This document shows positions 21,393 to 31,611 of a stretch of 64,000 bases of DNA, piece after piece. The stretch lies in the NCBI GenBank assembly GCA_965221165.1, contig CBDCRP010000003.1, positions 1,344,001-1,408,000 on the forward strand, written 5' to 3'. Origin of the DNA: a bacterium. GTDB lineage: Bacteria; UBA8248. The position numbers and the translations under genes are program-made. The notes beneath the pieces were generated by a model. That model saw only the letters and a list, made by a program, of their open reading frames with translations. It ran no database searches and was not told the DNA's origin. The number at the start of each line of letters is the position of its first letter. The stretch's first letter is position 1.

Positions 21393-21593
21393 TCAGCCCC
21401 CGCCCACGGCGCGGACGATCTCGACCTCGTCTCCATCGGATAAATGCGTATCCCCGTATTCGCCCCGGCGGACGATCTCCATGTTGAGCGCCACGGCGAT
21501 GCCGTTGACTTCGAGCGACATGGACTCCAGAAGAGCGGCTATCGTCGCGCCCGCATCCAGCTCCCTGTCCTCTCCGTTCACCCGGACTTGCAA
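21393..21593 (-). CDS. thiS: Sulfur carrier protein ThiS
   Basis: 66 aa ending in VEIVRAVGGG. Confidence 0.95.
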   Translation of the reverse strand: MQVRVNGEDRELDAGATIAALLESMSLEVNGIAVALNMEIVRRGEYGDTHLSDGDEVEIVRAVGGG

Positions 21594-21643
21594 GAATTCA
21601 TCTCCCGAGACGACACCCGGTACGAAACACCCCGCGCGCCATC

Positions 21644-21675
21644 AAAAAAAGCCGCCCCGCGATTCGGGAGCGGCC
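21644..21675 (-). terminator. Intrinsic terminator forming the TPP riboswitch expression platform
   Basis: Minus strand ggccgctcccgaatcgcggggcggc followed by T7. Confidence 0.85.
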
Positions 21676-21699
21676 AAAGACGACTGCATTCTCGGGCCC

Positions 21700-21782
21700 G
21701 CTTCCCTTCGCTGGAATTACCCAGTGCAGGTTCCAAGGGTTGCCCTCTATTCCGGGCTCTCAGCACATCCACCCCTAGCAGG
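21700..21782 (-). promoter_or_regulatory. TPP riboswitch
   Basis: Minus strand ctaggggtg...gctgaga...acccttggaacctg...ggtaattccagcgaagggaag, upstream of thiSGE. Confidence 0.95.
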
Positions 21783-21953
21783 AACTTCCACCCAAGAGCA
21801 TATATGGACGCAGCGCGAGTTGCAACGCGCAAAAGGCAAACGCGCGCGGCGAGGCGGTGTGCAATTCCACCTGATTTCGGGTATGAATACGAAAAACCAC
21901 AAAACGTCGCCTTAGGTTCCCCGAACCTTGCGCATACCCATCGACCGAGGAGC

Positions 21954-23060
21954 ATGCCCATGAAAGCAGCCATCTTCCACGAAGTCGGCAAACCGATGAC
22001 CATCGAACCCATCGAGGTGGCCCCGCCCAAGGCGGGAGAAGTACTCGTACACTACCGCGCGGGCGGCGTCTGCCACAGCGACCACCACGCCATGGTGGGC
22101 TTGTTCCCGGTGCCCACGCCCATCGTCATGGGCCATGAGGGCGCAGGCGTCGTGGAAGAGGTCGGCCCCGGCGTGACCTCCGTGAAGCCCGGCGATCACG
22201 TGGTATCCGTCTGGCGCTACAGCTGCGGCGCGTGCGAGCTCTGCCTCTCGGGGCGGCCCGCCATCTGCGGCGAGGGCATCCGCATGCGGGCGGACGGCAC
22301 GCTATCGGACGGAACGACGCGCTTTTCCGTCAACGGCGAGAAGGTGCATCACTTTCTCGGCGTCTCCACCTTCAGTTCCCACTCGGTGATGTCCGAGAAA
22401 TCGGTGCTCAAGATAAGAGAAGACTTTTCGCTGGAGAAGGCGGCGGTGGTGAGTTGCGCCGTCATCACGGGGGTGGGCGCGGTGGTGAACGGCGCCAAGG
22501 TGGCTCCGGGCGAGAGCGTGGCCGTGTTCGGCGCGGGCGGCGTGGGGCTGAACGCGATTCAGGGGGCGGCCCTCATAGGGGCTGAGCCCATCATCGCGGT
22601 CGACCTGATGCAGAACAAACTCGAGATGGCGAAAAAGTTCGGCGCGACCCACACGGTGAACTCCTCCGATGAGGACGCGATAGAGGCCATTCGCGAGATC
22701 ACCGGCGGCAAGGGCGCGCACTACGCCTTCGAGTTCATCGGCGTGCCCGAGGTGATGTCCACGGCGTTCGACAGCGTACGCACGGGCGGCACGGCCGTCA
22801 TCGTGGGCATCGCGGGCGTGAAATCGAAGGTCTCGATACCCCCCGTGTCCCTGGTGACGGAGGAAAAACGCCTCATCGGCTCCCTCTACGGCTCATCCAA
22901 CCCGCGCCTCTTCGTGCCCCGGCTCATCGACCTCTACATGGCCGGAAAACTGAATCTCGACGATCTGCTCACCAAGGAGTGGCCCATCGAGCAGATCAAC
23001 GAGGCGTACGAGGCGCTCTTGAACGGCGAGGTGGCCCGCAGCGTCGTCGTGCACGAATAA
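21954..23060 (+). CDS. Zn-dependent alcohol dehydrogenase (class III-like MDR)
   Basis: CHSD, GHEGAG, CGACELC...C, GAGGVG. Confidence 0.93.
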   Translation: MPMKAAIFHEVGKPMTIEPIEVAPPKAGEVLVHYRAGGVCHSDHHAMVGLFPVPTPIVMGHEGAGVVEEVGPGVTSVKPGDHVVSVWRYSCGACELCLSGRPAICGEGIRMRADGTLSDGTTRFSVNGEKVHHFLGVSTFSSHSVMSEKSVLKIREDFSLEKAAVVSCAVITGVGAVVNGAKVAPGESVAVFGAGGVGLNAIQGAALIGAEPIIAVDLMQNKLEMAKKFGATHTVNSSDEDAIEAIREITGGKGAHYAFEFIGVPEVMSTAFDSVRTGGTAVIVGIAGVKSKVSIPPVSLVTEEKRLIGSLYGSSNPRLFVPRLIDLYMAGKLNLDDLLTKEWPIEQINEAYEALLNGEVARSVVVHE

Positions 23061-23101
23061 AGGGGAAATTATCGGGGGAAAAAAGAATTCGCGTTAGATG
23101 T

Positions 23102-23114
23102 AATTGTTACAATT
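23102..23114. promoter_or_regulatory. Palindromic operator-like site upstream of the RTX gene
   Basis: AATTGT-T-ACAATT perfect inverted repeat in an AT-rich intergenic patch. Confidence 0.45.
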
Positions 23115-23312
23115 TCGGGGTGCGTTTTGCTTGTCAATGTGTTTCGGACGTCCTCATTCCACGCGCGCGGCGGGGTGCAAAGCCCAAACAAGCCCCCGAT
23201 CCGGGCGTTTGACCGGTTTATCCTTTTTGATTAGCCTGCTCTTGGGGAAAAGAACGGGTTCATCAGTCCGTAGCGGCAGTTGTCGCCAGTCTCGCATACA
23301 AGGAGGCGCATT

Positions 23313-24848
23313 TTGACTGACTATACCGTGATTCGCGATGGCTCGGACGAGAACACCTACCAAGACGCCGATGGCGTCGCCCACGCCTACACATTCTACT
23401 ACGGTCACGGAAACGACACCATCACCAACTTCGCCGACGGCGAAGACCGCATCGATCTCAGCCGATTTCCCACCATTTCGGACTTCTCCAACTTGACTAT
23501 AACCTCCGATGCGGATGGCGTCACGATCGACCTCACCGACCACGGCGGCGGCACGATCCGGCTCGAAGGATTCGACGTTACGAACCTCGACGCGTCGGAT
23601 TTCCTGTTTCGCGTCGATCAGACGATAGAGGGTGACGAAGGCGACAACACCCTCAGGGGCGACACCGGCGACGACACCATTTATGGCGGCGCAGGAGACG
23701 ACCATCTCTCGGGCAACGCGGGAGAGGACACGTTATACGGCGGTGAGGGCGATGACGGTTTTAGTGGCGGCGAGGGCGATGACTCACTCTATGGCGGCGT
23801 GGGCGACGACGATCTCTACGGCCATGGGGGCAAAGACGCGCTTTACGGCGGCGCAGGCAGCGACTTTCTCATCGGCGGCGGAGGTGACGATACTCTCGAG
23901 GGCGGCGCGGGTTTCGACTATCTCAACGGCGGCTCCGGGAACGACACATTGCGTGGTGGCGACGAGGACGACACGCTGAAAGGCGGCGCGGGCGACGACA
24001 ACCTCTATGGCGACGCGGGCGACGATACCCTCATCGGCGGCGAGGGAGACGACACGCTCACGGGCGGCGCCGGCGACGACGCCTTCACGTTCGGTCCTAC
24101 TCACGGGAACGACACCATTACCGACTTTACCGAAGGGCCGGACCGCATCGATCTCAGCGGGTTTTCCACCATATCGGACTTCTCCGACCTGACGGTGACT
24201 TCAGACGGGGACGACGCCGTGATCGACCTCACCGCTCATGGAGGCGGGACGATTCGCCTCGAGGGATTCGACGCCTCGAACCTAGACACGGCGGACTTCC
24301 TGTTCAAACCGATCGAGGGCGACAACGGCGACAACACACTCACGGGCGGTGCGGGCGACGACACCATTTGGGGCGGTCATCTGGGCGACGACACGATCTA
24401 TGGCGGTGCGGGCGACGATACGATCGATGGTGTCGCGGGCGACGATACCATTTATGGCGGCGCAGGAGATGATTGTCTCGATGGCGGCGAGGGCGACGAC
24501 ACGATTTCAGGCGGCGCGGGCGACGATTATATCGACGGCGGCGGGGACGACGACACGCTCACGGGCGGCGCGGGCGACGATAACTTCGTGATCGGCTACG
24601 ATCAAGGAAACGACACGATCACCGACTTCACTGGCGGGGAAGACCGCATCGATCTCTCTTGGCTCTATGAGATTTCCGGTTTCGATGATCTGACCATCAC
24701 CGCAGACGGAAACGACGCCGTGATCGACCTGACCGCACATGGCAGCGGCACGATCCGGCTTGAGAACTTCGCCGTCGCGAACCTCGATGCTGAAGACTTC
24801 ACGTTTTACGATTCATCGGCAGATGAGGGTGGCGTCGACGGCATGTGA
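23313..24848 (+). CDS. RTX-type calcium-binding repeat protein
   Basis: Many GGxGDDxLx nonapeptides and three copies of a GNDTITDF..GEDRIDLS...IDLTxHGxGTIRLE module; AGGAGG before TTG 23313. Confidence 0.93.
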   Translation: MTDYTVIRDGSDENTYQDADGVAHAYTFYYGHGNDTITNFADGEDRIDLSRFPTISDFSNLTITSDADGVTIDLTDHGGGTIRLEGFDVTNLDASDFLFRVDQTIEGDEGDNTLRGDTGDDTIYGGAGDDHLSGNAGEDTLYGGEGDDGFSGGEGDDSLYGGVGDDDLYGHGGKDALYGGAGSDFLIGGGGDDTLEGGAGFDYLNGGSGNDTLRGGDEDDTLKGGAGDDNLYGDAGDDTLIGGEGDDTLTGGAGDDAFTFGPTHGNDTITDFTEGPDRIDLSGFSTISDFSDLTVTSDGDDAVIDLTAHGGGTIRLEGFDASNLDTADFLFKPIEGDNGDNTLTGGAGDDTIWGGHLGDDTIYGGAGDDTIDGVAGDDTIYGGAGDDCLDGGEGDDTISGGAGDDYIDGGGDDDTLTGGAGDDNFVIGYDQGNDTITDFTGGEDRIDLSWLYEISGFDDLTITADGNDAVIDLTAHGSGTIRLENFAVANLDAEDFTFYDSSADEGGVDGM

Positions 24849-25090
24849 GGCGCGAAGGTTTTTTTCGTCGACTCCTCTACTCGATGATTCCCGATGAATC
24901 TCACGGTCCGCTTCCCCGTTGCGCTCAAGGGACCACTCTCCGCAAGCCGGCGGCGCGGCGCGCTCTGTTCCTCTTTCCTCCCCTGGCACACTGGGCCGCC
25001 CCTCTCGAAAACCGGCGTTTGGACATGCGCGCTCGTTTTTTGATATTCTGGCCTCATCCTATCCCACCTGATCCCGCCGGAGGAGAGCGC

Positions 25091-25720
25091 ATGGCCATCA
25101 TCGACATCTCGGTTCCCGTAGAAGAAGGAAAAATGCCAATCTATCCCGGGAATCCGGGGCTTTCGATGCGCTTTCACGCTTCTTTCGATGCGGGAGACGA
25201 CGTCTGCCTCACCGAGGCCGTCTTCGGCGTGCACACCGGCACGCATCTGGACGCTCCCATGCACTACCTGCATGATGCGGGCGGCATCGAGACGCTCGAT
25301 CTCAAGACCCTCATGGGTCCCGCCCGGGTGATCGCGATAGAGAACCACGAGTGCATCACGGCGGAAGAACTGAGAACGAAAAATCTGGAGGGCGCGACGC
25401 GCTTTCTCATCAAGACGCGCAATTCGGACGAGGGATGGTGGGCGAAACCATACTATCCTAATTACTGCCACATGACGCCCGAAGCCGGCCAGCTTCTCTA
25501 CGACCACGGGATGGCGCTCCTGGGCGTGGACTACCTCGGCGTGGACGCGCCCGACCCGAACGCGCCCGTCCACATGCTGCTGATGCCCCTTGGCGTCGTC
25601 CTGCTCGAAGGTCTGAACCTGGCGAACGCGCCCGAGGGCGATTATGAACTCATCGCCCTGCCCGCCCTCCTCAAGGGGCGAGACGGCGCGCCCGCCCGCG
25701 CGGTTTTGAGAACCCTCTAA
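25091..25720 (+). CDS. Cyclase/kynurenine formamidase-like metal hydrolase
   Basis: IIDISVP, HTGTHLDAPMH, GVD, EGL, DGAPARA. Confidence 0.9.
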   Translation: MAIIDISVPVEEGKMPIYPGNPGLSMRFHASFDAGDDVCLTEAVFGVHTGTHLDAPMHYLHDAGGIETLDLKTLMGPARVIAIENHECITAEELRTKNLEGATRFLIKTRNSDEGWWAKPYYPNYCHMTPEAGQLLYDHGMALLGVDYLGVDAPDPNAPVHMLLMPLGVVLLEGLNLANAPEGDYELIALPALLKGRDGAPARAVLRTL

Positions 25721-25798
25721 GCCGCTTGCCCCAAAACCGATTTTCGGGAAATACTCCCACCCGCAAACAGATTTCACGATTTCCCGACGAGGAGTAGT

Positions 25799-26578
25799 AT
25801 GAACACGTCCAGGGAACAAAGAGACGCCGTACAGAAAATATACAACCAGGATTCTGACTACTACGTCACCAGCGCGCCCCATGCGCGGAGCAGTTCCCTC
25901 GCGCGCGCAGCCGAGGTGCTGAACCCGAGCGGCGGGGTCCACCTGGACATCGCCACCGGTGCGGGCCACACGGCCTACCAGATGGCGGAGAAGTGCCGCC
26001 ACGTCATCGCGAGCGACTTGACGGCGGGCATGCTCGATTCCGCGCGCAAACTCGGGCAAGAGAAGGGAATCGGGAACGCCTCGTTCTTGAGAACGGACGC
26101 CGAGAACATCGCCGTCCAGACGGGTTCGCTCGATTCGGTGTCGGTGCGCATCGCGCCCCATCATTTCCCGGACGTTCCGGCGTCGATGCGCGAGATGTTC
26201 CGTGTGCTGAAGCCGGGGGGAAGGCTGGTCTACATCGACAACATCGCGCCCGAAGAACCCAAAGAACAGGACAGCTACAACGATTTCGAGCGCCTGCGCG
26301 ACCCGAGCCACAACCGCTGCGACAGCCTGCCCGGCCTGGTGGAAATGCTCGAGGCGGCGGGCTTTCGCGTCCTCTATTCCGAGACCTTGAGGAAGAAGAT
26401 GGTGCTCTCCCATTGGGTGCAGCGCCCCCACCTCACGGATGAGGACAAGGCGGCGCTTCGCGAATATCTCGAAACCGCCTCGCCCGCGATCTCCTACTGG
26501 CTCGACCCGCGCGAGGAGGACGGCGAATACGCCTTCGACGAGCAGGAAGCCGTCATCCTCGCCGAACGCCCCGCATGA
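25799..26578 (+). CDS. Class I SAM-dependent methyltransferase
   Basis: LDIATGAGH, RIAPHHF, RVLKPGG, RDPSH. Confidence 0.92.
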   Translation: MNTSREQRDAVQKIYNQDSDYYVTSAPHARSSSLARAAEVLNPSGGVHLDIATGAGHTAYQMAEKCRHVIASDLTAGMLDSARKLGQEKGIGNASFLRTDAENIAVQTGSLDSVSVRIAPHHFPDVPASMREMFRVLKPGGRLVYIDNIAPEEPKEQDSYNDFERLRDPSHNRCDSLPGLVEMLEAAGFRVLYSETLRKKMVLSHWVQRPHLTDEDKAALREYLETASPAISYWLDPREEDGEYAFDEQEAVILAERPA

Positions 26579-27948
26579 GCACCGACGAAACGCAGCGCCT
26601 CCGCCGCCTGATAGACGCGGACAGAAAACACCTCTGGCATCCCTTCACCTCCATGGACGAATGGGAGCGCGAAGACCCCCCACTCATCGTCGAGCGCGGC
26701 GAGGGGGCGTACTTGATCGACGTGGAGGGTAAGCGCTATCTCGACGGCGTCTCCTCCCTGTGGGTGAACGTCCACGGACACCGAAAAGAGGAAATCGACG
26801 AGGCGGTTCGCGCGCAGCTCGGGCGAATCGCCCACACCACCCAACTGGGGATGGCGAACCCCGCCGCCATAGAACTCGCGGAAAAGCTCACGGAAATCGC
26901 ACCGGCGGGCTTAACCCGCGTCTTTTATTCGGACTCGGGCGCAACGGCGGTGGAGGTCGCCCTCAAGATGGCCTTTCAGTACCAAAAGCAACGAAAGAAT
27001 CCGAAACCCGAGAAAGACAGGTTCCTGACGTTAAACCTCGCCTATCACGGCGATACCATCGGCGCGGTGTCTCTTGGCGGAATCGATCTGTTCCACCACA
27101 TCTTCGGCCCCTTGCTGTTCCGGACCATGCGGGCGGAGGCGCCCTATTGCTTCTGGTGCCCGAGGGGGGCGGAGAACCCGCCGTGCCCGGTCTGCGCGGG
27201 AGATGAGATGGCGGGCCAAATCGAAGAAAACGCAGCCCATCTCGCCGCCGTAGTGGTCGAGCCGATGGTGCAGGGGGCGGCGGGGATGATCGTGCAGCCG
27301 CCCGGTTTTCTCCATAAAGTGCGCGAAGCGTGCACCGGGCACGACGTGCTCCTGATAGCCGACGAGGTGGCTACGGGCTTTGGGCGCACCGGCCCCATGT
27401 TCGCCTGCGAGCACGAAGGCGTGGCGCCCGACATCCTGTGCGTGGCCAAGGGGATCACGGGCGGCTATCTGCCGCTGGCGGCGACGCTCGCGACCGAGGA
27501 GATATTCGACGCCTTTCGCGGCCCGCCCGAGATGGGCCGCGCGTTTTTTCACGGACATTCCTACACGGGAAATCCCCTGGGCTGCGCCGCCGCGCTGGCG
27601 AACCTCGAAATTTTCGAGCGGGAAAAAACAATTCAAAACAACGCGCCCAAGATCGCGCACCTGTGGAGCGAACTCGAAAAACTGAAAAACGCAGCGCACG
27701 TGGGCGAGGTTCGCGGCCTGGGCTGGATGGTGGGCGTGGAACTCGTGAAGGACAAGGAGAAGAAAGAACCCTACACCCCTGCGGAGCGCAAGGGACGCGA
27801 AGTCATCCTCGCGGCGAGAAGGCGCGGCCTCGCCGTGCGGCCCCTGGGCGACGTGGTCGTTCTCATGCCGCCTTATTGCGTGACGAACGAGGAAACAAGC
27901 CGGATGGTCGGCGTCCTGGACGAGGCGATACGCGAGGCGTGCGCCTAG
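26575..27948 (+). CDS. bioA: Adenosylmethionine--8-amino-7-oxononanoate aminotransferase
   Basis: WHPFT, SSLWVNVHG, YHGDT, DEVATGFGRTG, AKGITGG, HGHSYTGNP. Confidence 0.93.
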   Translation: MSTDETQRLRRLIDADRKHLWHPFTSMDEWEREDPPLIVERGEGAYLIDVEGKRYLDGVSSLWVNVHGHRKEEIDEAVRAQLGRIAHTTQLGMANPAAIELAEKLTEIAPAGLTRVFYSDSGATAVEVALKMAFQYQKQRKNPKPEKDRFLTLNLAYHGDTIGAVSLGGIDLFHHIFGPLLFRTMRAEAPYCFWCPRGAENPPCPVCAGDEMAGQIEENAAHLAAVVVEPMVQGAAGMIVQPPGFLHKVREACTGHDVLLIADEVATGFGRTGPMFACEHEGVAPDILCVAKGITGGYLPLAATLATEEIFDAFRGPPEMGRAFFHGHSYTGNPLGCAAALANLEIFEREKTIQNNAPKIAHLWSELEKLKNAAHVGEVRGLGWMVGVELVKDKEKKEPYTPAERKGREVILAARRRGLAVRPLGDVVVLMPPYCVTNEETSRMVGVLDEAIREACA

Positions 27949-28754
27949 CGCGAATTTTCAGGCGCACCGGCGGGAGCGCCCACCGCGCCTACGTCCGACT
28001 TGCTCTTCGGAACGCCCACGGCCTCGACGGGAGCGCTCCCCACGGGCGGAATTTTCTCCCCAGGAAGTCTTGCCGCGTCCCTCGTAGGAGGACTTCCCGC
28101 GGGAGTCGGGGGCGCGCCGCCCGCCTCCGTCTCGTTTGACGTCGTCGGCGACGCATCGGCTTTGCCGGGGGAGGCGCCCCTCTTCGCGATCAGTTCGTCT
28201 CTCGCCTTGAGCGGACCCGTAATGGCGAGAGAACCGGCGATGCTGTGCGCCTCCTGGCCCCCTATGAGCAGCACGACGCGATCGAACAGATCCGGAAAAT
28301 TCTTGATGACGGTGTTGGCGACGCCATAGGCGGTCATCAATTCCGCCCATGCGCCGCCCGGGTGCGCGTCCCTGAGAGATTCGTCGAAGTCGACGTAGAC
28401 GATTCCGCCGGAACCCGGAAACGCCACGCGCAGCCTCGTTCCCTTGGGCAGAATCGGCGCATATCCCTCCTCCCGGGGTCCCTCGATAAGAGCCGCCAGA
28501 AGGTTGCGCAGGGTGTCGATGTTGTTTTTTCCGATTTCCACTTCCACGGGGTATGGGGCCAAAAGGTCTTCTTCCGCCCCGGCGAAATAAAGCGTCTTCC
28601 TGACGGTCGGCGCGCCCGTGGAACCTCGCCGCGCGGGGTCGAGTGCGGCGTCGCGGCCCCGCTCGATGAAGTCGAGGACGGCTTCCTGAAAATTCCACAC
28701 GAGCGCTCCGCTCACCACGACGATCAAGACGGCGAGCGCGATCTTCCTGGACAT
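27945..28754 (-). CDS. GerMN domain membrane-anchored protein
   Basis: N-terminal TM helix; LYF, LIEGP, LPKGT, YVDF, HPGG..E, V.LLIGG. Confidence 0.88.
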   Translation of the reverse strand: MSRKIALAVLIVVVSGALVWNFQEAVLDFIERGRDAALDPARRGSTGAPTVRKTLYFAGAEEDLLAPYPVEVEIGKNNIDTLRNLLAALIEGPREEGYAPILPKGTRLRVAFPGSGGIVYVDFDESLRDAHPGGAWAELMTAYGVANTVIKNFPDLFDRVVLLIGGQEAHSIAGSLAITGPLKARDELIAKRGASPGKADASPTTSNETEAGGAPPTPAGSPPTRDAARLPGEKIPPVGSAPVEAVGVPKSKSDVGAVGAPAGAPENSR

Positions 28755-28755
28755 A

Positions 28756-29778
28756 CTAGCGCCCCTCCCCCGCCGGAGCGGCGTTTTGCGCCTCGGGCGC
28801 GCTCGCCTCGGAGCGTGGCGATTCAGAAGGCGCGCCTTCGGTTTCCGAAGATTCAGAGGGGGCGGCTTCTGATTCCTGCGGCCCGGATGGAACAGCGCCT
28901 GTTTCCGATGCGCCGGGCGGCCCTGGCGATTCGCGGGACTCCAACGATTCGGCAGGTGCGGCGCCGGACAGCGGCGCGGGCGGTTTGGGCGGCAGGTCTT
29001 CCGTGAGACCCGCGAACCGGAGCACCGCCTTGGCGAGCGCCGTGAGGTAGGGGTCCTCTTCGCCCGTCTCGCTGAGCCGCGCCTCGTCTTCGGGCGTGCT
29101 GATGACGCCGAGGCTCACGTAGGCCGCGGGCATGCGCGCGCCTTCCAGATCACGCACGGCCAGAATATGGAGGGGCGGGTTTTCGCCGGGGCGAATGGCG
29201 GCGAAGCGCCTCTGCAGACTCAAGGCGAAACGGCGGTTCGAGGCCAGATGGATGTTCTGGCTCCGCTGCCAGCGAAAGGCCACGGCCTGGATCGCTTCTT
29301 CCGCCACGCGCGGCGGACGTCTGGGCGCAGCCACCAAGATGGTCGGCCCGCGCGCGCCGGGCCGCCAGGAGGCGTCCGCATGAAGGGTGAGGAACAAGGA
29401 GGCGGCGTTGTAATTCGCCACCGAGGCGCGCTGCACGGCGGTCATCTCCGTGTCGGCCTCGCGCGTGAGGATGGCCTTCACCTCGGGGCGTCTGGACAGG
29501 AGCGCGGCCACCATCTGCGACGCGCGAAGCGCGAAATCCTTTTCCAGCAACTGCGCGCCGCGACTCCCCGAATCCCCGCCGCCGTGGCCCGGGTCGATCA
29601 CCACGACGAAAGGAGCGGAAGCGGTGGGACCGCCCGGCTTGAGCGTTCCGCCCCGGGCGGCGGCTTGCGGCCGGCGCAGCGATGCTCCTTCCCGCGCGGG
29701 CCCCGCCAAGGCGTCGCCGCACAGGTGGATGAGCAGCCCGAAGGCCGCCGCCAGAATGATGCGTGAATACCGTCGCAA
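28756..29778 (-). CDS. N-acetylmuramoyl-L-alanine amidase (Amidase_3)-like protein; catalytic Glu replaced
   Basis: IDPGHGG, EK, LTRE, R...AN, LHAD, MPAAYVSLG; signal peptide; GGAGGA before TTG 29778. Confidence 0.85.
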   Translation of the reverse strand: MRRYSRIILAAAFGLLIHLCGDALAGPAREGASLRRPQAAARGGTLKPGGPTASAPFVVVIDPGHGGGDSGSRGAQLLEKDFALRASQMVAALLSRRPEVKAILTREADTEMTAVQRASVANYNAASLFLTLHADASWRPGARGPTILVAAPRRPPRVAEEAIQAVAFRWQRSQNIHLASNRRFALSLQRRFAAIRPGENPPLHILAVRDLEGARMPAAYVSLGVISTPEDEARLSETGEEDPYLTALAKAVLRFAGLTEDLPPKPPAPLSGAAPAESLESRESPGPPGASETGAVPSGPQESEAAPSESSETEGAPSESPRSEASAPEAQNAAPAGEGR

Positions 29779-29929
29779 GGCGTCTCCTCCCGTTCTCTGG
29801 CCCCAAACTACCATTTCATGGAACCGGAAACCAACCGGAGGCGAGGATGGGGAGGCGGCGGGGCGACATGCGCAAGGGGAAGTCGGCCCGTAACGCCATA
29901 TTGCCGGATGGGGGAACATGAGTTCGTCT

Positions 29930-30425
29930 CGTAGGGACAGGCCCCCGTGACTGTCCTGACAAACTCTGAAGGGTCATCCCCGACCGGAGGAGAGGGTTTG
30001 TGTTTTTTCGTAGGGGCCGTTCGCGAACCGCCCCTACGGGGAGAGCGACACAGAGCCGTCGTTCCGTGATGATTTTATAGGAAATCCAGAGCCTCTTTTG
30101 GAAAGGCAACCGTACTCCCCGCCGCTTCCCGCATACAAGCATTGCGAGATGACGATCGAAACGAAGAGCAGGGACGCATGTATGCGTCCCCTACGCCAAG
30201 AACGTGAACGACGATGATTCCGCAGGGGCCGCATATATGCGACCCGTCGTTTTGCGGACAGACTAGGGGGCCTGCCCCTACGGGTTCGTTGCGATACATG
30301 AGAAGTTCGTAGGGGCCGCATACATGCGGCCCTGTTTTTCACATGTCCACCCCATGCGTCGCGCCTCGGCAAAACGCGCGGGCCGCCACTACGAAGAACG
30401 CCGTTTCATGCGCCGGAATGACGGG
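29930..30425. repeat. Dense cluster of GTAG-family REPs plus CGTC-type fragments
   Basis: Palindromes at 29930-29957, 30009-30038, 30170-30195, 30221-30246, 30255-30282 and 30308-30334; gccggaatgacg near 30411. Confidence 0.82.
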
Positions 30426-30592
30426 CAAAGCGGCAAACCCTCCCTCTTCAATCGCAATCCCTCCCTTCTCGGTCGCGATTGACTCTCATTCATCAATCGG
30501 GTTTGATCCTTGCGCCTTGCGCGAATTTCCCCGAACATGGGCGTGGTTTAATATCTTGGGCTTGTGGTGAGGCTACATGGAGGGCTTGAGAT

Positions 30593-30865
30593 TTGTGGAG
30601 CGATAAAACGCCCGAGGGCGTCAAGGGATCATCCGACTTGAAGCGAATCGCCACGGTGGGCGGGCAGATGGAGGCACTGATCCTGAAAAGCAGGCTCGAG
30701 GCGGAACGCATACCCGTGCACCTGAACTATGATTCGGCGGGTTCGGTCTATGGGTTCAGCCAGACGAATCTGGGTTCGGTGCACCTCATGGTGCCCGAAG
30801 CCTTCGAAGAAGCGGCTCTCCACCTCTACCACAAGATTCGGACCACCGAAGACGCGCCCGAATAA
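30593..30865 (+). CDS. DUF2007-like small putative signal-transducing protein
   Basis: EALILKSRLEAERIP...V.LMVPE..EEA pattern; GGAGG RBS. Confidence 0.75.
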   Translation: MWSDKTPEGVKGSSDLKRIATVGGQMEALILKSRLEAERIPVHLNYDSAGSVYGFSQTNLGSVHLMVPEAFEEAALHLYHKIRTTEDAPE

Positions 30866-30900
30866 ATTCATCCATGCTTAGAAACACATAAAGGGACGCC

Positions 30901-31470
30901 ATGACGAAAACAGGAGCGGACCTGGAAGCGCTGCGAGGGCTTCTGCTGGAAAAAGCGTATGAGAAAAAAACGGTGACGCTCGCCTCGGGCAAGGTGAGCG
31001 ATTTTTACGTCGACTGCCGCCAGGTGACCCTCCACGGCGAGGGAGCGCGGCTCGTGGGCCGTGTGATATTCGAGCGCATCAAAGAGGGCGGCGTCCAGGC
31101 CGTGGGCGGACCCACCCTGGGCGCGGACCCGATGGTGACGGCCGTCTCGATGACGGCGGCCCTCGAAGGCCGCGACGTTCCCGCCTTCATCATCAGGAAG
31201 GCCGAGAAGGGCCACGGGATGCAAAACCGCATCGAGGGGGCGGGAAACCTGAAGCCGGGGATGAAGGTCGCCATCATCGAGGACGTGGTGACCACCGCGT
31301 CTTCCACCTTCACGGCCATCGACGCGGCCATCGGCGCAGGCCTCGAAATCGCCCACGTCGTCTGCCTCGTGGACAGAGAAGAAGGCGGACGCGAGAACCT
31401 CGCCGCGCGCGGCTTCGCGCTGGATGCGGTGTTCACGAAAACGAGTTTGTTGGCCAATCCCGACCGATGA
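30901..31470 (+). CDS. pyrE: Orotate phosphoribosyltransferase
   Basis: LASGKVSDFYVDCR, IRK, IEDVVTT, VDREEG. Confidence 0.95.
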   Translation: MTKTGADLEALRGLLLEKAYEKKTVTLASGKVSDFYVDCRQVTLHGEGARLVGRVIFERIKEGGVQAVGGPTLGADPMVTAVSMTAALEGRDVPAFIIRKAEKGHGMQNRIEGAGNLKPGMKVAIIEDVVTTASSTFTAIDAAIGAGLEIAHVVCLVDREEGGRENLAARGFALDAVFTKTSLLANPDR

Positions 31471-31611
31471 GGGTCAGTCCCGACCGAAATGGAAGGGACT
31501 GCGCTTCCCCGAGAAGGGGGAGTTCGTGCCGACCGAGAACGGAGGGGCCGGGCCCTTTCCGGTCGAGAATCGACCTCAAGAGGAGAGTGATATTAACCAC
31601 CTCGCCTTGGC

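Noticed and set aside
23160-23225. Possible c-di-GMP riboswitch before the RTX gene (gcaaagc)
   Set aside because: Lacks the GGCAAAC/GNRA P2 stem and the P3 receptor pattern.
29930-30334. Possible CRISPR array
   Set aside because: The units differ in sequence and orientation, spacing is irregular and there are no cas genes; the pattern fits REPs.
29816-30570. Short ORFs across the REP cluster
   Set aside because: They are translations of repeats, with no RBS or protein-like features.
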